From Blastocladiella emersonii ATCC 22665 (Eukaryota > Fungi > Blastocladiomycota), in the NCBI GenBank assembly GCA_025594325.1, contig JANHCV010000001.1, positions 2,852,001 through 2,916,000 on the forward strand: DNA of 64,000 bases, in the 5' to 3' direction. The translations under genes were made by a program, and so were the position numbers. Below, piece after piece: positions 21,439-32,199 of this stretch (within the stretch, counting starts at the first letter, position 1; every line of letters begins with the position of its first letter). The notes beneath the pieces were generated by a model that did not search any database, was not told the DNA's origin, and worked only from the letters and a program-made list of their open reading frames with translations.

Positions 21439-24400
21439 TTAGTTGGTTGACGGGACGCGCTTGAGCGCCGTGCTGTCGTTCTTGAGCAGCGCGGCCTTGG
21501 ACGTGTAGCCGCTAGCGTTGGCGCGTGTCGGGCTCGAGGCCGATGCGTTGGAGATGGCGCCGAGCACGCCTGCCCAGCGCTTGTGCTCCTCGACGTCCGA
21601 GAACTGGACCATCCACGACTTGCCCTCGGCGATGACCTCGATGACGTGCTCGTAGCCGTTGGGCGCGGTGTGGAACCGACCAATGGCCACGTCGAGGACG
21701 ACGCCGAGAGCTAGCGTGCCGTCGTCAGGCATCATGACGAGGATGCCTTCCATCGGGTACAGCTGGACGCGCATCGTGCGCCACTGCGAGAGCAGGCCGG
21801 CGACCTGCATCACGGGGTACGTGCCTTTCGCCGACCACACGACCGAGTGGCCCGACGGCGACATCGGCTTGGCGGCCGAGCTGCCGCTCTTGCCGCTCTG
21901 CGAGGCCAGGGAGCTGCTGCTCAGCAGCTTGCTCGCGTCCTTGTTGCCGTTCACCTCGAGGGCGAGCCTAGAGTTGTGCGGTGGTCAGTTTGGACATCTA
22001 CAAAAGAGTCCGTGAGTTGTCGATCGTACCGCCCGACGAGCGCTACGAAGACAAATGTGACGGCCGAGAAGATGATGGAGTGCTTGACGATGAAGGCGGA
22101 GAGCGTCGAAGACGTGAAGTCGAAGGTGGCGAAGGGCGTGACGACGATCGAGGAGAGCATGATGTTCTGGCCCGAATACAGGATCGACTTGTGCTCGTTG
22201 AACACGCTGGGCACGTTGCGCGTCTACACGGGAGCATTCTGTCAGCGTTTGCGGGACAGCCGTACCATGTCTCGACGTACCGCGAAGCTGAAGTACAGGA
22301 AGATGACGAGGAAGATCGCGTTGTACGCGATGGACACGGAGACGATCGCGTTCTGGAAGCTGGGCGTGGGACTGTTGCACTGCGTGTAGATGTAGGTCTT
22401 GGCCGCGACGGTGATCGGGATGGGCGGCTCCGCGGCGCTCCAGATGACGAGGATCAGAATCTGACCGAGCATGATGAGGGTCACCATGGCGTAGAGGATC
22501 CGGTCGTTCAGGCCCGAGATCTTGATGGTCGAGCGGCTCTCGAACGTGGTCCACGTCTACACGTACATGTACATGGGAGCGGGCGTCAGTCCCGACCGCC
22601 GATGCGAGGGGCAGTGACCACGTACGCGGTACGTCTTGGCGACGCCGATGGCAATGACAAGATTCACGCCGATGCCGAACAGCCAGAGGCTCGCCATACA
22701 CGAACCCGCCGTCGGGATGCCCATCGACGCGATCGAGCTGAGGAGAACGAGTACGCAACCGAATGTGATGAGGAGCAGGAACTGCTTGCTGAGCGACGCG
22801 ACGAACGGCTTGTTGCGGTGGATCACGAAGATGTAGGCCGTGGTCGCGATGATGATGGCGAGGAGCGCGATGGCGGTCGCGCCGAGAGCGATGCCTGACG
22901 CGGTGGTCCACTGCGCGATGAGGACGGCCTGCGTGTACCGGTCCGAGGGAACCGTAGACTTTCCGTTGTAGAACTTGATGTCGGCGGCGCGCTCCACCGT
23001 CAGGTTGGCCCATACGACGTACGAGTCCACGACCTTGCCCTCGTACAGGTTCGAGATCACGAAGTCGCTACACGTCTCGAGTCAGCGATGGCAGAAGTCA
23101 AGGACAAACCAGGACAACGTACGCGACGCGGTCGCCGTATTTATCGACCTGGAACCTGCCCGACGCGCCTTCGAACTCGCGGACGAGGTCGTTCAGGAGA
23201 AGGTCGTAGTTACGACTCTGGACAACACTCGCGCCCTTGGAGCGCGCGAGCTACACGACGCAGAACATGAGCCGTGCGACTTCGAATGGTGCGGATCGTG
23301 CGCAATCGTGCCTTGATGACACCCTGGGCCATGGCGAAGACGCAGTCGCGGAACAGGTAGCCGTACGGCGGGACAGGGAGACCCGGGTACGCGCTGTCCC
23401 ACCGCGCCTTGAATGCCGTGGCGATCGGGTTGACGTTGACCTCCTTGGGCGACACGTAGAGCAGCCTAGTCGACGCAAGCACGTCGTCAAATAGGACTCG
23501 CTGCAGCGCTGCAGCGTTGAGCGTACCCGTTCGCGTTAGTGATGTCCGAGGGCTTGAGCGAGCCCATGCTGTAGTACGCGCTGAACGAGTCGGCGCTCAT
23601 CTACACGCAACTCGCCGCAGGTGAGCCGGTTGCAGTACGGCATCAGGAAGCCGTCGAGCGCGTACCCACACCCAGTCGGGCCCGATCATGCCGGCCGCCT
23701 TGGCCGCGCGCAGCACGTAGAGTCCGTCGAGCGAGGTGCCGGCGATGAAGTTGATCATGGTGCCCGTGTCCTTCATGGCGGCGAGCTGCATGTCGAAATT
23801 GGTCGAGTACGGCGTGTAGGTCACGCTCGACGTGACGTTGATCCCGAGGATATCGGCCTGTCGAGCGAGACCCGTAGACACTACAGAGACGGACGCGCGA
23901 GTGAGTTCACGGACACAGCTTCCGGACGCTACGTTCGAGACGCACGCGATTGCCCGTAGAAATCGGTCGCCGCAATGATGTTGATCCGAGTCCAGCCCAT
24001 GTGCTTGACAAAGGTCGCGATGGACGCGCCCTGCTGGTAGTCGTTGCCGATGGTGCGGAAGAAGTACGGGAAGTTGACGTCGCTCGACAGCGCGACGGAC
24101 GTGGCGGAACCCGAGCACATCCAAGTCTTGAAGTACTTGGACGTGTACGCTTGCGGGATGGTCATGGAGCTGTAGTACTACAACCGTGCGATCGCCGAGT
24201 GTGAGTGGGTCGGTGTCGTGACGCAGGTGCTCGAGCAGCGCGTACGTCGCCCACGATCCCCACGACGCCATCGTTGATGGTGGTCGACAGGGCGGCCGAC
24301 GTGCACTGGGCGGCCGAGAGCGAGGTCGGATTGTAGATGAGCGAGACCGAGTGGTTGGTAACGGGGTCAATCGCTGCGAGGTCCGGCTCGAACAACTTGA

Positions 24401-24596
24401 GCATGTTCTTGAGCCCCATGACCGCCGAGCCGAAGTTGGGATCCTCATAGGGCAGGTTGACGGCGATCTTGAAGTCGGCGGCGATCGCTCTCGAAGCCAG
24501 CGTCGCGAGGAGCACGAACGCGGCGACGAGCCACCGCAAGGGCATCAGCGGCGCGGCTGGCCGCGGCCTGGTTGGCGGCGAGCGCATTTGATTCAT
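21439..24596 (-). CDS. Class C GPCR 3 (VFT + 7tm_3 + PH-like domain)
   Basis: ADFKIAVNLPYEDP, CSGSATSVALSSDVNFPYFFRTIGNDYQQG, MGWTRI, AKTYR, TRNVPSVFNEHKSI; closest to GPCR 2 with shared intron positions. Confidence 0.9.
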
Positions 24597-24946
24597 TTGC
24601 TTGCGGTGATCTGATCCTAATTGCACCGAGAGACCAAGGACTACCTGGTCGGATCTGGTGCCGGGAGGGCCGAACGCCGGGCCGGGCGAGAGCGGCGCGT
24701 CGCGGGAAAACGCGTCATGTGATGGCGCGGCGCGTCGAGTTTCAGCCGCCCGGGTTTTCACCCACTGCGCTGGGGACGCGCTTTGTTCTCACATCTCGGG
24801 AGACGACCGAGGAGACGACCAACGACAACGAAGAGACAAAGAACGTTCAGGAACAAGGCACGAGTATTATTTTTAGTTTATGTGCAAGGTGAGCAAGCCA
24901 GGACGCCGCGCGACGCGAGGACCGAGAGGGGGGCGGGCGGGCACGC

Positions 24947-27412
24947 TTAGAACCGGTGGAGCTTGTTGGGCACCTCCTTGCCGGCGTAGTACTCGACCAC
25001 AGCCTTGGCCTTGGCGACGACGCCGTCGACCGTGATGCCGAACTTGGCGTACACCTGGGGCGCGGGGCCCGAGGCGCCGAAGGTGGTGAGGCCGACCGAC
25101 GCGTGCGCGTAGCGGTCCCAGCCGAACGTGCCGAGGGCCTCGACCGAGACGACGGGGACGCCGGCGCGGAACACGGTGCCGCGGTACTCGACCGACTGCT
25201 TCTCGAACAGCTCCCACGACGGCAGCGACACGACGCGCGCCGACACGCCCTGGGCGCGGAGCGCCTTGGCGGCATCGACGGCGAGCGACAGCTCGGTACC
25301 GGTGCCGACGAGCGTCACCTTGGCGTCGGCCGCCTCCTCGAGAACGTAGCCGCCCTTGAGCACGCCCTCGATGGACGAGCCCTGGAGGTGGGGCACATTC
25401 TGGCGCGACAGCGCGAGGACCGAGGGGGACTTGGTGGCGCGGAGCGCGGCGAGGTAGGCGCCCGAGACCTCGTTACCGTCGGCGGGGCGGAACACGAGCG
25501 TGTTGGGGGTGGCGCGGAGCGTGGCGAGGGTCTCCACGGGCTGGTGGGTCGGGCCGTCCTCGCCGAGACCAATCGAGTCGTGCGTCATGATGTACAGCAC
25601 CTGGTGGTGCGACAGGGCCGACAGGCGGGTGGCGCCGAGCGCGTACGAGATGAAGTTGAGGAACGTGGCGTTGAAGGGCACCAGGAAGCCGTAGGCGTGG
25701 AGGCCGTTGCTGATGGCGGCCATGGCGTGCTCGCGGACACCGAAGCGGATGTAGCGGCCGGCGTAGGTGCCGAGGCCCGTGGCGGGGGCCTGGAAGTCGT
25801 TGGCCGTCTTCCAGCGCGTGAGGTTGGAGCCGGTCAGATCGGCCGAACCGCCAATGAGCTCGGGAACATGCTCGGCGATCGCGTTGAGGACGTGCTCCGA
25901 CAGCTTGCGGGTGGCGACGGGCGCGTCGGCGGGCGTGTACTTGGGGAGGATCTCCTCGAGCTTGGGGTGGGGGAGACCGGCCTGGCGGCGCTCGAACTCG
26001 GCGGCGAGCTCGGGGAAGGCGGCCTTGTACTTGGCGAAGGTGGCATTCCACTCGGCCTCGGCGGCGGCGCCGCGGGTCTGGAAGGCCTTGTACAGGTCGT
26101 ACACCTCCTGGGGCACGTGGAACGTGGCCTCGGGGTTGAAGCCGAGCTTGGCCTTGAGCTGGGTGATGTCGGCGGCGCCGAGGGGAGCGCCGTGCACCTT
26201 GTCGGAGCCGGCCTTGGTCGAGCCGAAGCCGATCGTGGTGCGGATCTTGATGATGGTGGGCTTGTCGGTCACGGCCTTGGCGGCGGCGATGGCCTCGGCA
26301 ATCGCGTCGGGGCGGTCCGTGTCGCCGTCGGCGACGACGATCGTGTGCCAGCCGTACGACTCGAAGCGCTTGCACACGTCCTCGGTGAAGCCGACGTTGG
26401 TGTCGCCGTCGATGGTGACGTGGTTGTCGTCGTACAGGGCAATGAGCTTGCCGAGCTGCAGGTGGCCGGCGAGCGACGCGGCCTCGGAGGCGACACCCTC
26501 CTGGAGGCAGCCGTCGCCGAGGATCACGAACGTGTGGTTGTTGAACAGCTCGTAGCCGGGGCGGTTGAAGTGCGCGGCGAGGTGGGCCTCGGCGATGGCG
26601 AGACCGACGGCCGACGAGATACCCTGGCCGAGGGGGCCGGTCGTGAGCTCGATACCGGGGGTCCAGCCGGCCTCGGGGTGGCCGGGGGTCCTGGACGGCG
26701 GGGCGAGATGGTTAGCGTCGGTGTTGCGGACACGGATGTTGCGCAGGGAGGGAGGGAGTGGGTGATATCGGAGGCGATGCGGGCAGAGTCGGGCCGCTCC
26801 GAGCTGCTCCGACCGACGCAGGCAGCGGAGCAAACGCGCGCTCGCAAGCTCCAAAATGAACAAACGTTTCGGAATGCGAGCAACGCTACATCGAGCAGGT
26901 TGACGCGCGCAGCGGCCGCGAGAACAAGCTCTGGCGCGTTTCGGTCCTGCAGGTAGGCGGAGCAGTCCGGGACGGCCGACCCGGTGCTGCCCGCGCATGC
27001 AGGCAGGCTCGACCGCAGAACGCGGCCGGTGCACGGCCGGGTCGAACACGCGCGCGATCGCAAAGGAGAGAGGGAGAGGAAGGAGGGGAGAGCGCGAAGC
27101 AAGGCAAACGTACTTGGAGTCGAGCTGACGGAAGTTCTTGAGGTCGTCCATGGTCACGTCGTAACCGAGCAGGTGGAGCAGGATGTAGTGCAGGGCGCAG
27201 GCGTGGCCGTTGGACAGCACGAAGCGGTCGCGGTTGGCCCACTTGGGGTTGGCCGGGTTGGCCGTGACGAAGCGCGAGAAGACGGCGTGCGCCATGGGGG
27301 CACAGCCCATCGGGGCGCCCGGGTGGCCCGAGTTGGCCTTCTGCACCACGTCCGCGGCGAGGGTGCGGATCGTGTTGATCGCGAGCGCGTCCTGGGCGGT
27401 GAAGTTGGTCAT
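24947..27412 (-). CDS. TKL1: Transketolase
   Basis: AINTIRTLAADVVQKANSGHPGAPMG, RDRFVLSNGHAC, SK-TPGHPE (423-nt intron 26691-27113), GDGCLQEG, FGVREHAM, THDSIGLGEDGPTHQP. Confidence 0.97.
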   Translation of the reverse strand: MTNFTAQDALAINTIRTLAADVVQKANSGHPGAPMGCAPMAHAVFSRFVTANPANPKWANRDRFVLSNGHACALHYILLHLLGYDVTMDDLKNFRQLDSKYVCLASRSPLLPLPLSFAIARVFDPAVHRPRSAVEPACMRGQHRVGRPGLLRLPAGPKRARACSRGRCARQPARCSVARIPKRLFILELASARLLRCLRRSEQLGAARLCPHRLRYHPLPPSLRNIRVRNTDANHLAPPSRTPGHPEAGWTPGIELTTGPLGQGISSAVGLAIAEAHLAAHFNRPGYELFNNHTFVILGDGCLQEGVASEAASLAGHLQLGKLIALYDDNHVTIDGDTNVGFTEDVCKRFESYGWHTIVVADGDTDRPDAIAEAIAAAKAVTDKPTIIKIRTTIGFGSTKAGSDKVHGAPLGAADITQLKAKLGFNPEATFHVPQEVYDLYKAFQTRGAAAEAEWNATFAKYKAAFPELAAEFERRQAGLPHPKLEEILPKYTPADAPVATRKLSEHVLNAIAEHVPELIGGSADLTGSNLTRWKTANDFQAPATGLGTYAGRYIRFGVREHAMAAISNGLHAYGFLVPFNATFLNFISYALGATRLSALSHHQVLYIMTHDSIGLGEDGPTHQPVETLATLRATPNTLVFRPADGNEVSGAYLAALRATKSPSVLALSRQNVPHLQGSSIEGVLKGGYVLEEAADAKVTLVGTGTELSLAVDAAKALRAQGVSARVVSLPSWELFEKQSVEYRGTVFRAGVPVVSVEALGTFGWDRYAHASVGLTTFGASGPAPQVYAKFGITVDGVVAKAKAVVEYYAGKEVPNKLHRF

Positions 27413-27966
27413 ACTACGAGGGGGGCGGGCGAGGGGGGACGCAGGGTGAGCAGAGACGCGGGGACGAGAGGGCCTGCTGGGCCGGCGGCCATGAGCCCAC
27501 CGCCGCTGCCGTCGTCGTCGCCGGGGATGCTGTTGGGTTGCCAGAAGGTCGATCATGCTGTCGAGCGTGCTAAGTAGTGCTGGAGGGTGGCCGTCGCGTC
27601 CATGGCGTGCGGATTGGAGTCTCGAGGGCACGGTGATGCTGGCGACGACGGCGGCGGTTGCAGGCTCGGGCAGCGCGGCGCAGGGAATGCGCGCAGTCGC
27701 ATCGACGACGTACATGACAGAACTGGCAAAGAACCGGCACGAAAAGGGGAGGGGAGCGGGGGCGACGTCGCTTATGTAGGGTCCGGCTCGACGGTTGGGG
27801 GCTGGGGAGTTGCGCTCGATAACGCGCACAAACGTGGGAGACGGAACCGCTGAAAACTCGGCACGTGAGCCTGTTTTCGCGCTTTCATCAGTCTCCCCGC
27901 GTCTTAAGCGACCGAGTTAATCCATGCACTGCGCTTCTATTCACTCTGAACTCTGAACACGCCACA

Positions 27967-28671
27967 TCACTGGCGCGGGTAGTAGATCATGGTCCAGTTG
28001 CCGTAGCTCTTGGCGAGGCCGTTGTCGGAGGGCGGCAGCTCAGCGCGGCGCGCGTCGACCAGCTCGAAGCCGAGCTTCTCGTACCACCCGACGTTGATCT
28101 CGTCCTGCGTGTACAGGAAGACGCCCGACTTGCCCTCGAGCAGCTTGCGCACGATCCACTTGCCGAGACCGACGCCGCGCAGGGTCGGGCTCACGGTGAT
28201 GGCCTGGAGCAGCCACGGGCCGCCGTCAGCAAAGGCCGTGACACCGGCCCGCGCGAACGCCTCGTCGATGATCGGTCCAAGGGCACTGAACTGCCCCATG
28301 AGCGTCTTGAAGCGCGCGGCCGTGGGCGCGTGCGCCTCGGCCATCATCTTCCGCATGACCGTCTCGGTGTCGCCGGCGCCGTCCTGCTTCTTGGTCGCGG
28401 TGATGGCGCCGTGGCCGACGATGGCCTTGGTCGCGCGGTCGCGGACGAGGAAGCCGTGCGGCGTCAGCATGCGGACGCGCGGCCGCATAAAGCCCTTGAC
28501 GATTTCGCGGCGCTCGGCCGCATCCTCGGTCGCGGCGGCGGCCTGCCACAGCGGGTCCTGCGAGAAGCCGTCGCAGAGAAGCTCGAGGGCGGCCGCAAGC
28601 TCCTCGGACGTGGCCTGCGACGTGGGGATGGTCTCGTAAACTTCGTCAAGCGGGCGGCGTGGTGGGTTCAT
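27967..28671 (-). CDS. GNAT-family N-acetyltransferase, intronless (234 aa)
   Basis: Acetyl-CoA motif A ITVSPTLRGVGLGKWIV and motif B INVGWYEKLGF; N-terminal GFSQDP typical of puromycin-acetyltransferase-like fungal GNATs. Confidence 0.85.
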   Translation of the reverse strand: MNPPRRPLDEVYETIPTSQATSEELAAALELLCDGFSQDPLWQAAAATEDAAERREIVKGFMRPRVRMLTPHGFLVRDRATKAIVGHGAITATKKQDGAGDTETVMRKMMAEAHAPTAARFKTLMGQFSALGPIIDEAFARAGVTAFADGGPWLLQAITVSPTLRGVGLGKWIVRKLLEGKSGVFLYTQDEINVGWYEKLGFELVDARRAELPPSDNGLAKSYGNWTMIYYPRQ

Positions 28672-29799
28672 GGCTGTATCTGATGTTGCAAATGATTAGG
28701 TCGGTAGAGAGCGAAGTTTCGTGGCCGAGGTTGCGAGCTCAAAGAGTCGCCACCGCCGCATTTAGCCAAGGGGGATCAGTCAGCAGTAGTCCCCTGGTCA
28801 GCGGCGCCACGAGACTGGACGCGGAGACAGTCGGTCAGTCGCATCCGACGGCCGACCTCCGACACCCACCCGTCACGAGAGAGGGCGAGTCCCGCGCTGA
28901 ATCTGTCACTCAGTCCTCCGCCTCGCACAGTCGTGGGATGTAGATCGGCGGTGGCATGACGCGAGATACAAAAGGGCGCGAGACGCGAGGCGCGAGGCGC
29001 GAGACATTTGTCACGCCGGGCTCGCGTGACTCGAAGCGCGTGTCTCGCCTCGCGTCTCGTCTCCTTGCCGCCGCCTCCGACGCTTCGCGCAACGCAGCGT
29101 CCGGACACAGGAGATCGTCGGGCCGGGAGCAGGCCCAGAGAGTGGTGTGAGAACAGGAGAGAGAGAGGGTCGGCGTGGGGAAACTCTACCGCGTCGCGTC
29201 CATCGATGCTGCGAGAGCTCCCGGCCGAGCTCCTCTCCTCCTCCCGCGTCGGACCTCATCGTTCATCTAGCCCACACGCACGCTGCACGGCTCGCACTCC
29301 GCGCCACTGAATCGAGGCGTCCGAGCACCGTGAAATTTCTCTCGGAAACCGCCATCGACGGACGACTCCACGAGGGCCAGCCAGGGCCGACGCCACGCAC
29401 ACGCACCGCGGCCACCTCGGCCTCTCCATCTCTCGCCGGATTCGCCTGCATCTCCCTCGCAGCGCCTCGCCACTTGCTGCACTACCCGCACATCACCGAC
29501 CTCTCGAGCGAGTGCCCGCGCACACCGAGCACCGCCATCCCGAACGCATCGCGGTGATCCTGCGCGAGCCGCTGCCTTCCTCGCCACCCACCCCACGCCA
29601 AACCGTCGTCGCTACGCCACCGAGCGACTGCCACCCCGCACCTGCTGGGACCTCTACGCTCCCGCCCGAGCATCGCGCTACACCTCTCGCACACCTCGCG
29701 CAAGTCCGGTCCCTGCAGTCCGACCACCAGACCCGCTGTTCGACGCCACACGACTGCGTCTCGCCCACCCTCCCCCTCCCCTCAGCCAGCCCGACCGCC

Positions 29800-31489
29800 A
29801 TGTCGATTCTGACGTCCAAGCAGGGCGACGAGCTGTGCGTCTCCCTCATCGTCTCCTACCCGTCGTCGCGCCCGGCTCGGTGACTCGGATGCGGGGATGT
29901 GGGGCTCTGAGGGCGGTCTGGCCCCGCCACCCTTTCTTGCTCGCCATGCAGCCACTACGCCACTCGCATCCCGCGCTGCCACGACAGCACCATGTATCGA
30001 CACCATGAATATGCATCGACACCGTGTGGTGGCCGCCGTGGCGACCGGCGGACTCTGCGCCCCCTCGCACTCTCCCTCCCCCTCCGAGTCCGCCCTACAC
30101 CTCGCCGAGCCGCGAGCCAACCACAGTCCCGACTCGTGCCACTGACCGGACGACCGATCCACCGAACCCGCGTGTAGCCGGCGAGCCATCTTCGACTACC
30201 TCGTCGCCAACGGGCACGCCGAGACGGCCGCGTCGTTCCAGCGCGAGGCCGGTCTCGACGGCCTGAATCTCGAGCCGCAGCCAAAGTACAATGGGCTGCT
30301 GGAAAAAAAGTGGACGTCGGTGGTGCGCCTGCAGCGCAAGATCATGGAGCTCGAGTCCAAGCTCGGCCAGCTGACCGAGGAGCTGTCGGCGGGCCCCGCG
30401 CGCAACGCGGGCAAGGCCGCGGGCGACGTGCTGCCGCGCACGCCCGAGCGGTTCACGCTGCAGGGCCACCGCATGCCCATCACCAGCGTCGCGTTCCACC
30501 CGACGTACGCGGTGCTCGCGACCGCGTCCGAGGACTCGGAGATCAAGCTGTGGGACTACGAGTCGGGCGACTACGAGCGCGCCCTCAAGGGCCACACCAA
30601 GGCCGTGTCCTTCATCACCTTCGACCCCAAGGGCGCCATCCTGGCCTCGTGCTCGGCCGACCTCAGCATCAAGCTGTGGGACGTGACCAACGACTACAAG
30701 AACTTCAAGACCCTGTACGGCCACGACCACAGCGTCTCCAGCGTCGTGTTCCTGCCCAACAACGTGCTCGCCTCGGCCAGCCGCGACAAGACCATCAAGC
30801 TGTGGGACCTGTCCAACGGCTACTGCACCAAGACCTTTGTCGGCCACGCCGACTGGGTCCGCATGATCGCCGTGTCCGAGGACGGCAAGCTGCTCGCCTC
30901 GTGCTCCAATGACCAGACGGCGCGCGTGTGGGACCTCGCCACGGGCGAGACCAAGGTCGAGATGCGCGGCCACGAGCACGTCCTCGAGTGCGTCGCCTTT
31001 GTCCCCGTCGCCGCCTACCCCTTCATTCGCGAGCTCCTCGCCGCCAACGCTGACGGCCAGCCCGCTGGGTCCTCGGCCGCAAGCGCCGCCGTCGCCGCCA
31101 AGAAGTCGGGCGACGCACCAGGGCAGTACGTGATCACGGGCAGCCGCGACAAGGAGATCAAGCTGTGGGACCAGTCTGGGCAGTGCCTGCACACCTTCGT
31201 ACGTTTGACACTCTCTCCCGATTCTGCTCCCGCTCGGCGCTGACCTCTCGACGTGTAGCGCGGACACGACAACTGGATCCGGTCCATCATCTTCCACCCG
31301 TCGGGCAAGTACCTGCTGTCGGCGAGCGACGACAAAACGGTCAAGAGCTGGGACCTCAAGACGGGCCGGTGCGTCAAGACGCTCGAGGCGCACGGCCACT
31401 TTGTCACGTCGCTGGCATGGTCGGGCATTTCGCCCGTCGTTGCCACGGGGTCCGTCGAGAACACGGTCAAGGTGTGGGACTGCAAGTAA
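29800..31489 (+). CDS. PAC1: LIS1/NudF/Pac1 dynein regulator (LisH, coiled coil, WD40)
   Basis: [20 protein letters not shown]...[33 protein letters not shown], repeated GH...WD units; introns 29835-30177 and about 31199-31258. Confidence 0.96.
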
Positions 31490-31908
31490 CTGGCGGCCTT
31501 GCTCTCGCTCGCCGTCGTCCTCCCCTCCCTACCTCCCTCGTGTCGCCTCTATCTCCGCCCTCGCCTATCCTCCCTCCCCTCCCTCCCCACTCCCTGATTT
31601 TTGGCTCGTGTCCGATGACTCGCTCGACGAGGCCGGCCCGCGGCCGCCCGCCTTCTGCCCGCCCCTCGCTCGAGTCTTCTGGCATACACATACCCTTCTC
31701 CAGCAACTCCTCCCGCCCACCCATCGCTCACTTGATAGGGTCCTTGTTCGTCGCCATACTTCGCCCTCCCCATCAACCCCCGCCATCTCCTTGCCCTTCA
31801 TGTTGTGCCCATTGACGTTTCCTAGATGATCTATACTCAAAGAGATCCATGTACAAAATCTATCGGGCGCCGATCCCTCGTGTCGGCCAAGCGAAGGATA
31901 AGTTGTGA

Positions 31909-31910
<2 letters not shown>

Positions 31911-31940
<30 letters not shown>
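31911..31940. repeat. Hexanucleotide microsatellite (GACCAC)x5
   Basis: Five perfect tandem units read directly. Confidence 0.9.
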
Positions 31941-32199
31941 AGCTGGCGGACGGCAGGTGGTCGCTGGTCGCTGGCCTGGTCGCTGGCTCCGCTGCTCGTC
32001 CGTTCTGCCCCACCCTCGTCAGTTGGAACCTCGCAGCAACCACGACTCCCTGCAACGTAACCTACGGAGCTCCGAGCCCTTGCTTGCATTATTTATTTGC
32101 CCGTCGCGCCCGAGCCTCGCGCAAGAGTCCAACGCGAGTGACGACGTCCGCCTCGCCTCACTCGACCACTGAGTCCCTGCACCCACCAAAACCGACAAC

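Noticed and set aside
26691-27713. Possible TPP riboswitch in the long transketolase introns (enzyme uses TPP)
   Set aside because: Only fragments (AACCTG; GTGC..CGAGA) are present; the UGAGA, CCC and GAU..UAAU..GCG core of the aptamer is missing.
27413-27829. N-terminal extension making transketolase 960 aa as in the ORF track
   Set aside because: Homology starts at MTNF (27412); the upstream stretch lacks codon bias and looks like 5' UTR plus intron.
31911-31940. Repeat array as CRISPR or telomere-like sequence
   Set aside because: Simple 6-bp microsatellite without spacers; no CRISPR, rRNA or tRNA signatures were seen anywhere in the window.
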